A DNA stretch of 64,000 bases from Curvularia clavata (taxonomy: Eukaryota). Both the position numbers and the translations under genes were made by a program. Below, piece by piece: positions 24,279 through 36,595 of the stretch; positions within the stretch are counted from its first letter, which is position 1; every line of letters begins with the position of its first letter. The stretch is taken from assembly GCA_023920165.1 (NCBI GenBank), contig CP089277.1, forward strand, positions 2,108,001 through 2,172,000, given 5' to 3'. Below the pieces are notes generated by a model. It was not told the origin of the DNA, made no database searches, and saw nothing but the letters and a program-made list of their open reading frames with translations.

Positions 24279-25057
24279 CGGATATCTTTCCGCATTCTCC
24301 AAGAGACCGTTATTAATACGCTGCCTAACCCGGCATATGTCCTATTTCCACACACACACCCGAGGGTACTGTGCCTCAAAAGTCGAGTTGGATACCGTCT
24401 TGGCAAAGATAAGCAAAGTCATCCTGAATCCAATGTCAAAAGAGCCGAGCGAATCTTGTGGAGCGTGTGGCTTACGCCGCTGGATTCGGTCTCTGGAATC
24501 AGGCTGTGATAGTAGACAAAGTAGCTAAGCGCGCCGAAGTGCATATCCCAAGTTCCCAAGCCCCGGAAGCGAGTGTTGGCCTGAACAGAGCGTGTACAAA
24601 GTAGTGGATGCAGGGTCTTGGTGGTTGATAAGGCACCGGACGAAAATAGTCTAGCGTCACCCCAAATGATAAGGTGTTCGGAATCAGGGGCGATTGGATG
24701 ACTCTTCTCAGCCTCGCCATGAATTCTGGAATATTTACCTGATGCTCATGTGTCACATATCTGAGATAGGAACGAATGGGACTTTGTCTCACGAAATCCT
24801 ATCCGTGGGCTTGCCATGAGGTTTTACGTTCAGTTATCCGGGGCGGTTGATTCGCTCTCCAGTGGTCCGTGTATCCGAACACCAGGTCTATGCTCATTGC
24901 ATGGCGCTGATACATTATCCGGGAGGCATTATCTCTCGCAACGCCATTGACACATATATTGCCGGAGGGATGCTGTCTCCCGACTGACTTCGTCGCATGG
25001 AGAGTGAAATCTCAGAAACAGGCACTGACGGCCTGCGCGAGTAGGTCGTGTGATAAG
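24279..25057. promoter_or_regulatory. GATA (AreA/NIT2-type) site cluster upstream of the ammonium transporter
   Basis: GATAAG at 24408, 24627, 24668 and 25052; TGATAG at 24507; TTATCT at 24929; plus repeated TATCCG. Confidence 0.6.
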
Positions 25058-25209
25058 CCATGCTGTACAGCTTTAGTCATTAACTGTGTTCCGTACATGT
25101 AGGTATTAAGTGCAGGCCAATCTTCGTTTTCGAAACATGACTAGATCCCATGAGGTTGCTGTCGCGCTCTATCGTGCTCTGTGCTACAGCAACACGTTCC
25201 ATACTACGT

Positions 25210-26411
25210 CTACGTGCTAACGGCCCAATCCACTATAATCTTCGCGACTACATGACTTTTCGGGGTTTGGAGTATTAAAGCCTTGTCAGCAATCGCAGTA
25301 TTTGTAGGTCTGGCTTGTTGTTTTTGCGCATCAATGTCGGCCGGTAATCTGGACATGGTCGTACACTGACTTGAAACTTCGGCACATCTTGTGTATCGGC
25401 CATCAACTCAATCTCATTGGGATGATCAAATCTACGCAGGATCGATGCCACCAGCTCATAAGAAATATTTTCGCAATCTGTGAAGTGCCGCGCAAAAATT
25501 CCATAAAATCGATGCCAACGATTATCATCAACCCTTTGTTGGCCCCGGTTTGGCTTTGAAAGTATTCTTTTGTACAGAACGCTTCTTACATACTGGACCT
25601 AGAATTCATATTCCAATCATGCGTTCCTGGCAGCCAACACCTTGCGACCAACTGGACGCCACTGTCTCATTCGGTGAGGGCTTAAGACAAGAACATATGT
25701 CCTTTCAAGTACTTCCGCTTCTGGAACTACTAGATCTTGCTTTTGGGCCCTTCAAGCTCACTTGATTTGAGCCGAATGAGGAGCTGCAGTTAATTTTCGA
25801 ATGGCATTGAACACGCTTCTGCCCATCTTTTTGGAAATGTACCCGACCCCTTCTTTGCTCCTGCCCTTAGACGTGTTTGCTGCTGGTTGGTCGCGATTGC
25901 TGGAATCGACAAAAAATAAAGGGTAGGGATCGAGAGTTGCGTACTGGGGAGGAGGTCCATCGATATCACCACTTTCAGAACTGCATGTGACCCGAGAAAG
26001 GGGAAGACTTGATTCGAGCACTCGCGTCTTGTGGATAAGCGCTTGTGCCTCTTCTTTTCGTACGCAATGTACTGGCGTCGGCTCATTGGAACAAGGTTGA
26101 GCAGGGGATGATCTGGGGATGGGTGAATGAACATCGTAAATTACCGTGGACCTTGATGACATTTTTATTTTCTTTGACAGTTTTGACATTCCAAGAATCT
26201 GGCGCCACATTCTCCGCCCACTGCTTTTGCGTGGTGAATGCGTGACCGGACCTGAAGCTAAGATACGGCCAGAAGTTCTCCTTGGCGTTGTTGGAGCTGC
26301 TTGATGGGTGCGAGCCCTTCTTGTCGAGTGTGTTTTCCACCTATATCGTATCCGTATAGGAGTATTTCCGAACGAGGGAACTGTACCTCCTGGCGACATG
26401 TAGTGTAACAT
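25210..26411 (-). CDS. Hypothetical protein (multi-exon, or degenerate)
   Basis: 217-aa ORF at 25758-26411, plus a further open minus-strand stretch at about 25560-25210 (RWHRFYGIFARHFTDCENISYELVASILRRFDHP). Exon structure unresolved. Confidence 0.35.
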
Positions 26412-27509
26412 GACAGGGTGGTCGCTCAGCCGATCAATTCTTAGTGGAGATTAACGAAACACGACGAGTACAAAGAGGGAATTGCTGGGAAGAATAAGAT
26501 CGAGAAGGAGTAATGTGTGTTCTGCCATAGCGCCAGCTTTGACTGCGCCGAAAAGGTCGCATACTTATAGCGCATGCACTTGTTGCTCATTCAGAGCGAG
26601 AGATATTGTATGGTTCTGGTTCGGTACCAGTAGCCACTGTATCGTTACTGCTGCGGCTTGCGCCTCATGCTTTTGCGGTTCACACATTGCATTTGCAGAT
26701 TCGACCACTCTTGCGAAGCTATGATTGTCGAGACTCGTGCCGTTCTGTACATGCATACTGTACATGAATGATAGACGAATGGTAAGCGAAAGACCGGTGC
26801 TGACTGGTTGAACAGGATGAGGGAATTGAGCAAAGGTCATAGCGTCGAAGAAGTGATCATGCTGGGCCTGTGGGTTGGCTCTCCCACAACCGATGAAAGC
26901 CGAAAATGGCAAAAACACCGCTTTTCAAGTAGCCGTAGGTGTCACAATTACTTGTTGTCTACTATAACTTAGCACTTACGAATGTACTATTCAAAGTAAC
27001 TGTAGTTGTCACCGTTGTGTTTGGCTGTGTTGGCAGCGTAGGTAAGCTTGTTTGTAATTCCCGGTTTTACTGGTGGTGGGAGTATGGGAGAACCGGTATT
27101 TCCAAGAAGAGTAACGCTTAATACTAGATTGTGCCGAGGTTGGGTGGACGCGTTTCCGATCGCGTCGCTGATCGACTCCATTTGCAATCCCGCGGGCCGT
27201 CCGACGTATTTCGTATGTTGGTTGGCCATGGAACCTGTCGCCTGGCGGGCGCACCCACGGTTGATTCGACGTGTGTGCTACAAAGGATCCTACCAGCAGG
27301 CGCAGGCGGGGCTGGGCTGAGCGGGTCGCGTGATCCAAGGCAGGATTTCCAGTGACGTAGGTCTGTGCGATACTTCAAACAGTGCAACCCCCGCCCCGTC
27401 ACCGTGGCATATACAACAGGCAGCACCTGTCACCTTGCCTTCGTCCTTACACTCTACATTTCCTTCACCTACATTCCGCATCAACCAAAAAGAAACAAAC
27501 ACTGCAATC

Positions 27510-27906
27510 ATGTTCAACCTAGTCCTGTCCCTGCTACTCCAGCTCTCCATGTTCATGCTTGCTGAGGCAGCTCCCGTTACCGCTCAAGGCGCAGAGCCAT
27601 GGCAGGCTGGCACTGGAGGAGGCATTGTTGGATTTATCGTCCTTGTTCTCGACATAATCGCCTGGAGTAAGTACTTGTCGTTGTTCTCGAATCATATGCC
27701 ATTGCTCTGGATATGACACCATGATACTGCCAGAATCAGGCTGACCTACCCGTTCTGCAGTTGAGATCTTCAAGTCCAACCGCCCCGTACCCAACAAGGT
27801 TATCTGGGCTCTCGTCGTATTCCTCTTCCCTGTTGTCGGCATGTTCATCTACTACCTCTTCTCCAACCGCCACGCCCACAACACTTACGAGCCCATCCCC
27901 GCCTAG
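27510..27906 (+). CDS. Small membrane protein, PLDc_N (cardiolipin synthase N-terminal)-like hairpin, about 100 aa
   Basis: Signal-like N terminus; intron 27667-27760; GFIVLVLDIIAWIEIFKSNRPVPNKVIWALVVFLFPVVGMFIYYLF. Confidence 0.8.
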
Positions 27907-28199
27907 ACCATCTCGAGACCCGGTTTGTCTCGGTGTTTCTTGGCGATTGCAAAGGCGAACCAAACGTGTGCTTTTCGGGGTATTCGTACGAATTAATACT
28001 TGTAATGAGCCCTTGGGTCATGTTTCGATGTTAGCTTGGTCCTTGGTGAAGCGAAGTTTGTAATTATCAATAGAGATATGACTTGCTATTACCATTATTC
28101 AGTCCGTCTCCCTATCCAACCCTGGAGATCTCAAAAATCTAACCACCATTGCACTGCCGGGCGCCTCTTGAGTAAGCTGGATTGAGCTCCAGGTTCCGT

Positions 28200-29400
28200 T
28201 CACACTCTGCCGAAGAGCTCCTCGCTAGTGACAAATTTACCAACCAGCACAACAACACCCCCTACCAGACTGACGACACCGCTAAAAGTCGAAACTTCTC
28301 GAAAGCCACCATACGTTTCCAGCAGTGCGCCGTTGATCGGCGGGTCAACCAAGACAACAAAATCAGAAACACCCAAACCCATGCCCATATGTGCCAATCT
28401 TGCGTGGATATATCGTACATATCGAGAGTGCTGCAGAGCCAGCTGAGATGGTTGTTCCAGACGCAAAACCAAAAAAAAAAGAAAAAAAAAAGACAGATAA
28501 ACGATGATAGCCGCATTAGTATGTGCCTCCTTTAGACAGAGCACAATGATCCCTGTCGAGATACCTGCAAAAGCAAACACGTTGAGTCGCCCAAGTTTGT
28601 CTGCCAGTATACCGGGGATGATGCGTCCAAAGGTCGATGATCCGTGGATGACTGCTAGGAGATACGATGCTAGAAGCGGACTCATCCCCCTCCTAACGGT
28701 GTAGACGGGAATGTAAAAGAGAGGTATCAACATGCCCATCATCATGAAGAATAATGCTGCTACAAGAAAGATGTACTTTTTGATAGTCCACGCCTCTTTA
28801 ATGAAAACAGTGGCTTTGCGCGAGGATGAAGCGGCAGTAATCTTTGCACAAACTGACCATCGTCAGCCCAAAGACATAGGCTATAGTCGCTGAGCGAAGC
28901 ATCGAACATGTTTGTAAGCACAAGAATTGAAAACATCCCATCCCTAACGTCTACAATCAAGATGAACAAACGTACCTAAATACTTTAACAGTCGAACAGT
29001 AGCCCACACACTGCACCGCCTGCCAGCTGTGAAAACGCTGCCAATCTACATATCCATGCAATTTCATTCGTGGCGTGATGTGCCAACTGGTGTGTAGAAT
29101 AGTACTGCTGCAAGACGCCAAAGTAGGATGTGAAGCCGAGGGCAGGAAAACAAGATACAAATGCCGCCGAGGACATTCAGTCAGGCTATCAGTCCTTCGT
29201 CCAGGGCAGGTTCAAGAGTTTCTATTTCCCTCTACACTGTTGAAATCACTGGATCTGAGGTCTTTTCGGGGTTGGACACGGGTTTGCGAAAAGAGGATGT
29301 TTGAGGTGTAGCTTCAGAAGCTACTGTGGAGGAGTTTTGTCGAATGGATGTTCGATAGCCGTGTCTCTGCCGTGAAGCCCCGAAAAGACAAAAGCCATCA
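28200..29400 (-). pseudogene. MFS monocarboxylate-type (Mch-like) transporter pseudogene
   Basis: DEGLIA*LNVLGG (expected W is a stop), GFTSYFGVLQQYY and GRIIPGILADKLGRLN lie in different frames. Homopolymer tract at 28471-28491. The middle helices appear deleted. Confidence 0.8.
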
Positions 29401-29662
29401 CGTCGAGTTGCCCGAGTTGGTATATACAAATCTTAAACTAGCTGTGATACTGTTGTGTAGCAGCAGCGTAAGATGTGCTGGGTCGGAGATATGAGTCCAT
29501 CGTGACATGATTGGCCACTATCTCCGAACCGCCAGAGCATCCGTCGACAACCGCCACGTTACGTATCTCCGCTTCAGCGCTTCTACTCCACCCACTTTCC
29601 TTCACAACACTTGAATGTCACTGGTGGACATTGAGATTTCGATTCAGCCATTTTTCGGAGAC

Positions 29663-31995
29663 ATGGTCGAAGTCACTCGTGCGCGTAAGAGAGCCACTGT
29701 GTAAGCCACTCGTTTTCCTCACCTACACCCGGCGCTAATTACGTACAGCTCCTGCGCCCTCTGCCGCAGAAAGAAGATTCGATGTAATAGAGAGACGCCA
29801 TGCAGCAACTGCATAAGATCAAAGACAGAATCTTGTACATATGAAACCCAAATATATTCAGAGACGAGGCCATGTACACAACGACCGACAAATATCCAAC
29901 CACGGCATGATACAACAAGTTCGACTCTCGCGGCAAATGTGCCTTCAAGAGCCTCTGTCCAAAGTGACACCTCTTTCACGAGCATTCGCACAGATGGCAA
30001 TAGCCATGCTGCGTTTGAACTGGAAGCTATGCGAGCTCGGATCACTGAGCTCGAAGCCAAACTGGCCCGGGCAAATAGTAGTGCTGGCTCGCCACACTCG
30101 GTCGCCACTTCTACTCCAGTCTCAACACATTCGGTGCGAACCGTTAGCTGTTTTTCATCTACCATAGACGTTCTCCAAGACGTTCGAACACCCGGAGGTG
30201 CAGCCATCTCTCGGGCTATCGCACATAAAAATCGTTTATTTGGACAAACCCATTGGATGAATGGCTTCCTCATAGTATGAACCCTATGGACCGTGATGAA
30301 ACAAAATCAGCCGCTAAAACCCCCGCTTAGTTTCGTGAGATTCTTGAACTGATTGAGCCTCATCTCCGGACTGAAACCTCAGGTATCTTAGCTAGCCTGC
30401 AGCGAGCCAAGATGCTGGCTCGGGTTATCAAAAGGCAGCGTTCTCCAGCTTGGCCTGTTCAACCGAACAGAGATCTACCGGCGAAATCAACCTGTGACCA
30501 ACTCGTTGCTGCGTACCTTCGCACTATAGAGACAGTCTATCGGATACTGCACGTCCCAAGCTTCCAGCGCACCTATGAGAGCATATGGGAGAATGACGCT
30601 GAGCCTAACATGGCCTTTGTGGTAACGCTCAAGCTGGTTTTAGCCATCGGCGCCACAGTATATGATGAAAACATGTCCCTGCGAGCCGAAGCAATACACT
30701 GGATATATGAAGCACACGTATGGCTGTCCATGCCCACGTTCAAATCACAGCTTGGCATCCAATATATACAGAATAGCATCCTACTACTCCTTGCGCGCGA
30801 ACTGGTCAACGTAGGCGCAGATCTTGTATGGATTTCAGCTGGCGCCGTATATCGTGCAGCGATATATATTGGCTTACACAAAGACCCTTCGGAGCTTCCT
30901 ACGATGCCATTATTGGAGGCAGAAATGCGTCGACGTGTCTGGAATACGTTGCTTGAATTATCGATGCAGACGAGCCTGCTGTCTGGCGGCCCGGTGCTAT
31001 TTTCTCAAGAGGGATTCAACACTGCACCTCCCAGAAATTTCGACGATGAGCAGCTTTTGGATGCACACGCCGTCCCAAAAGACGAAGGAGTCTTTACACA
31101 AACGTCAATCGCGATTGCACTTCGGAAAACGCTGCCAATCCGACTGGCAATACTTAAGTTCTTGAATGAAATTGCTCCAAGTGGGACGTACGAAGAAACT
31201 CTACGCATCGATACAGAGCTCAAGACTGCACACAAAGCTATGCGCCGCACACTGCATGGCTACACGGCACATGCCAATTGCTCCCCGTCGCAATTTGCTT
31301 TGCAAGTAACTGATTTCATAATGCAGCGCTACCTCTTCTGTCTCCACACCCCATTTTACGCTCCCGCCCTTAAGGACCCTATGTTCGCTTACTCGAGAAA
31401 AGCAGCGGTGGAATCATCGCTCAGGGCTTGGAGCTTGGCGTATCCAAAATTGACAGACGCTATTTATGCCATGGGCGAGCCAGATCTAGCTCGTATGTGT
31501 CGGTGCACGATGGGCTTCTTTAGGATGCATGCCTTCCAGGCTTCGTCACTATTGGCTAGCGAGTGGCGCATGCGACTGGAGGACGAGGAAGACGACACAG
31601 ATGTCATGTCGAGTTTGCTTAGCGTCGTGGCTGAAGATGCTTCGACTTGGTATTTAGGATGCGTTCAAGCGGGTGAGACAGGCATCAAGGGCTACCTCCT
31701 ATTGCGCCTCCTTGAAGCATGGAACGATGCCATAAAACGTCGTGTCGAGACATCACATGTACCTACACTCTTGGTCGAGGCCTTGCGACAGGCCACTGAG
31801 ATTTGCATACCAATACTAGAAAGGGCAGCAGGTGCTCAAGAGCAATGGTCGAATTCTTCTGGGGTGGATGGGCTGCGGGATATGGGGGGGTTTGACTATC
31901 AGCCCTTCACGGAAACTGCTGCGGATTGGGACATGATAATGTTGGAGACGTTTAATCTGGACGGGCTTGAGAGCTTTGACGCGTTCGCGTCATGA
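29663..31995 (+). CDS. Zn(II)2Cys6 transcription factor with fungal middle homology region
   Basis: Spliced N terminus (intron 29701-29748) gives CALCRRKKIRCNRETPCSNCIRSKTESC. Second intron about 30275-30330. Motifs YRILHVPSF, GLHKDP, EMRRRVWNT. Confidence 0.93.
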
Positions 31996-32777
31996 ACGAA
32001 GAGGAGACCAAAGGTCAGACAGTTTTGATCTCGTGACACGATAGCGGCTGTTATGGTCCCGAGAGGGCTCTCTCGCTTAAGCTCCTGTCCTGTTGTTGTG
32101 CATGACGCGCACCCCTAGAACGGATGCCTGTTGTTCCGCACCCCAGTCGACCCACCCACACCCATCCAACCGCCCCTACCTCACCATGGCGCCACGCTAA
32201 ACTCTCCCCATCCACGGCGTCACGATCAAGTGAGCAAATTCGGCGCCTCTTCACGCAACGATTGGCTCTGGTTGCAATACTCGAACAAGAGTTGTACGCT
32301 CTATACAAGATTCGCCACGTCGTGAGCTAACTGTCCCAGTGCCTGGCTACCGACCCCGATCCGTAAGGCTCCGAACATCCTGACACACTTAAGGCCTCAT
32401 GCACACCCCAACATCCGGCGCTCCACGTCGCAGCGCTGTAAGAACGGTTCCCCAGCATAGTCATTGTAGCCTCATAAATCACGTCGAAGTGGCCTGATTT
32501 TTTTTTCCTTTCTTCGCTTCTTTCCTTGTCGCGTTTCTTGGTATACCTCAGGCAGTGGAACCAAAACTACATCCAACTACGTAGTATCTTTCTTCTTTCT
32601 TTTGGTTATTCACTTCTGCGAGGCGTGCCGGTCACCATCTTTTCATTACTATTTTCATAATACCAAGGTCCCATTCACTCGCTATCCTCAACCGCTCGTT
32701 GTCAACGACAAAACAAGAACAAAAAAAAAGAAGAGACTATTACCACACCACCATACCACCACACCACCACCACCACC

Positions 32778-33281
32778 ATGCACGCCTCCATCGTCACGCC
32801 GTTGCTTCTTCTCCTATCCATCCTCAACTTGGCCGTTGCCTCTCCCTCGGCCAGGAATGTCATGACTCCAGGCCACCTAGACACCGGTCTGGAAGTCCGT
32901 CAAGTGTCCGTCACTCCCTCCCAGCAAGATCTCTGTCTGGACTATGAGCGCACAGCCAACATATCGACTGTCGGCAAGAATGGATCATACCGCACCGTGG
33001 TCATGCAAAAGGCCAACGTGGGCACTCTGACCAGTGCGGCCATGATGAATGCTGCCATAGCTAAACTGCCTGCCCTTACTGCGAACAAGGACTTGAACGA
33101 CCGTTGCGGAAACTGGACACAGATTGCCCTGGTGGAGGCCGAGAAGAATTTTACACAGGGCATCGTGCTGCAGTTTACAACCGAGGGCTTGCCTGTGGGC
33201 ATCGAGGCTGGCCCCTTGGTACTGGTAGTTGTGGGTCTTATCAGTACTCTGCTCAGTGTTGTCTGGGTTTTCGCCGAGTAA
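32778..33281 (+). CDS. Small secreted/membrane-anchored protein, 167 aa
   Basis: Kozak-like ACCATG, signal peptide, two Cys, C-terminal hydrophobic segment (TM or GPI signal). Confidence 0.8.
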   Translation: MHASIVTPLLLLLSILNLAVASPSARNVMTPGHLDTGLEVRQVSVTPSQQDLCLDYERTANISTVGKNGSYRTVVMQKANVGTLTSAAMMNAAIAKLPALTANKDLNDRCGNWTQIALVEAEKNFTQGIVLQFTTEGLPVGIEAGPLVLVVVGLISTLLSVVWVFAE

Positions 33282-33745
33282 ACCATGCTACAAGGTAGAA
33301 TGCGGAATAAAGGGGATGTCTTGTGGTGGGTAAATATGTCGGTTGTTGGAGAATATGGCATATGGCCATGCAGCTGTTGATAAAGAAGACGAAGGAGCAA
33401 GTCAAGGATACCCGGTCGTGCAATGCTTTCAAGTTTGATGATGTCGGCATATCATCTCAGAATACGCCTATCGTCTTTGTCGCGTCTGTTGTTATCTAAA
33501 GTCGTTTCCTGTAGTTTGGTCACATGAGGCCATGTCTGCTCATGTTTCACTGTGTGTAGTTTTTGGCTGTTGTTGCACAAGTGCACTAGCATAGGTGTGA
33601 ATCACAGCGAGGGTAGAAATACATGAAGAAGCGAGTGTATGTACAAATTAAATCATGCCACCCTAACGTCCAACCAATGTCGGTCACAAATGTTAGCAAC
33701 CACACACCACCCCGACCACCACTTCAATCAGCTCAATTCAAAAGC

Positions 33746-34758
33746 CTAAAAAGTAACGACGCCAACACCAGCGCTCTTCGCAACGATGCTGCAGACGTTG
33801 GCCGCTGGATCAGTCGTGTACTTGTAGGTTGGTACAAAGGAGCCCTGCTTAGTAATTTGCGTAGGACTGTTATTGAAAATGTTGTTTTTCGCCGTCGCAA
33901 AGCCCTCCTCATCCGAGTCCAGGTTCGTAACGATAGACTTGGCGACATTAGTGAAGGCGTTTTCTTCGACCAGCACCTGGGCACCCATGCGCGAGTTGAT
34001 ACCGGAAATACCGCCGTTGTAGCATGAGCTATAAATGTGGCCGGTCCCAAAACGAATAGAAGGGAGACGCGAGTTGACGTTGGTGAAGGAGTTGTGATGG
34101 TAGGTCACGTGCAGCTTGCCCTTGTCTTCAGCCCCGTTGTTGTCGGAGTGGCCGATGAGAGAGCCCTTCCACTAATTGTTTTATTAGCATGACTGGTACT
34201 TAAAAGCTTTTTTCATGATGGTGGTCTCACGTGGTCGTGGAATTTGTTCCATGAGATGGTGATGAAGTCGGATCCGGCCTTAGCATCCAAGAGACCGTCA
34301 TAATAGTCTTTATCTCCAGTAATACCAACGCTGGAAAAGTCATTGTGATCGATCCAGATCTTCGTAGAAGATTCAATATCAATGAGGTCCTTGCCCTTGG
34401 GTGCTCGATAAAGCTTCAAGTTGCGAACAATGACATTCGACGTCTTGTAGAAACGGAAACCAGTGTCAGTGATTCCGGCATCATTGCCAACACCCAGGAT
34501 AGAGGTGCCTGGAACATCGAAGCGGATGACACCGCAGCCAGTGAGTGTGCCCTTGATTTTTATGACGCCTCCGGTCTTTGCTGCAGCGGTCAAACCGGCG
34601 CAGGAGGTGACGGTAGTGCCAGCTCCACTCCCTCCACCAGTGGTGCCGGCACCAAAACCAACAAGTTCGTTGACAGCGGCAGCCCGTTTCTCCACGGGCA
34701 CCCCATATGCAGTAGAGGCGGCTGTCAAGGCTACAGTGGCAGTTTCGAGAAACTTCAT
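33746..34758 (-). CDS. Secreted pectate lyase, family PL1
   Basis: Signal peptide and KR propeptide. Motifs GFGAGTTGGG, NVIVRNL, KIWIDH, DGLLD, ITISWNKFHDHWKGSLIGHSD, RLPSIRFG. Intron 34230-34172. Confidence 0.96.
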
Positions 34759-36595
34759 CGTGATATTTGAAGAAAGGTGTTAAAAATGGGTGATACAAAC
34801 ACAAAAGTCGAGTTTGAAGCAAGATTGAAGGATGAGTAAGAACTTGCCTGCGAAGTAATGAACTGATGTTCTGAAGATTGTAGGAACAGTGAAGATGTTC
34901 ACGAATTTATAGACGTTGTTCCATTTCACTAAAGCTCTATGTAGTTTCAAATTGCCCAACTAGTTAGTGGTAAGTTTCTCCGCCCATATACAACTCCACT
35001 CTTGGCTCCCAAGCGTCGTCATACACCATTTCCAATATCCACCAAGCAAAACCAGCCATGGCAATTGCATGGTATCCGCTTAACCAAGACCCAGGAGCCC
35101 GGGTCACATGTCAAATCTGGGGTATGGGGTATGGGGTATGGGGCATATGCTCAAACGCCGACATTTCTCTAGCTCCAGGCATTCTGCTAGCTTATTACCG
35201 AATGAAACAAAAAAAGAAAGCTAGGCTCGGGTGTTGTAAGTGTTGCTGGCGGACTATGCTTTTCAGAAAGTCTTGGCTACGCTTTGAAGGAAAAAACCAC
35301 CAATGGGAGAAATTGTTGGAGATGAAGATCGCCAATCCAGACCCATGTGCGAGATGCGATGGTAGGACTTCTGAGCGTTTAGTCCGCGGCCTATAGTGGA
35401 TGGAACAATGCGTTAGCGTCACCGTGCTCTCATGCTGGTAACATCGTTGCACAGTTCACATAGTTTGACGGGCACTGCTTGATCGCTTCCGTCGCCTGGA
35501 TTTGATGCATGGAGCTATGAGTCATCTCGAGCATCTTGCAATAATATCTCGCTTGCTCATAATCGATACAATTATCAATTGATTGTCCAAAGAATAGGTT
35601 GATGACCAATGCTGGCTTGTTGCATTGAAGGCACAAATTGATAACTTCAGAAAGCACTCGAAACATCTGCAGAGCTAATCATTCAGCCAAGAGAAACTTG
35701 GTATTGGGCTGCTCAGCGCTGTGAGAATAGCTTGCGCTCCTTTACGGTGTACTGACCATCAGACCTGCGTCGTCTTTTATTTGAGTCGAAGTAGTGAAGG
35801 ATGGCTGCGTACAACTTGGTACCCTTTATACAGATACAGCTTATTTTCTCGTAGGTATAAAATGAGACAACTGCCACGATCTACAAAGATAAATGTAGTC
35901 TTTGTGTCTTGATTTTAGAAACGCCTTTACGGACTACCTAACAAAGACGAAGTATTTCGATGCACGCGGACTTGCTCTACCTTTCCATGGTTTCTTTCGA
36001 ATACGGTTAAAGTGTAATAGGTTTGTAATCAGAAGCTTCGGTCGAAAGGATATTGCATGAGTTTGGTAGGTGATGGCCCAAAGAAAAGAAGGCAGGCGTG
36101 AGAAGATCATACAGTGTACGCGACGCTCTCCACAATCCTGAATAGATGGATGGGCTCGTAAAATCAGAAGCAGGATAAAATGAGCGAATTGAAATGTGGT
36201 TTTTCATATGTAGTGAGATCATTCAGACGTTTGGATAACGCAGAAACTCTGAAAGTTCGTAATAGTTTACGGACAATAAGTTCTACCCCTTGCATCATTT
36301 TTCATTAGAGAAACTTCATTCTACATACTTTTCATCCTTATCTTCAAATACAATTTTGCGGAGATTGTGATTACGAGTGGTGCGATAGCCTTCTTCTCCC
36401 ACACTGCAAAATCTTTTAGTCTGTTCTTTCGATTGGGTTTGTCGTCGCCATTACATTCCATTATAGAAATGGACCCTGATTCTGATCTTGGACTCATTAC
36501 TGAGCTATCCGATCTTCCCCATTTCCGGAAGAATCAGTGCGAGGAAGTATCGCTTATGCATTTGTTGGATAATGTGGACTTCTTGCTGCTGGTTA

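Noticed and set aside
35430..35666. Cys-rich 78-aa ORF as a candidate effector
   Set aside because: No signal peptide, no recognisable motif or supporting splice structure.
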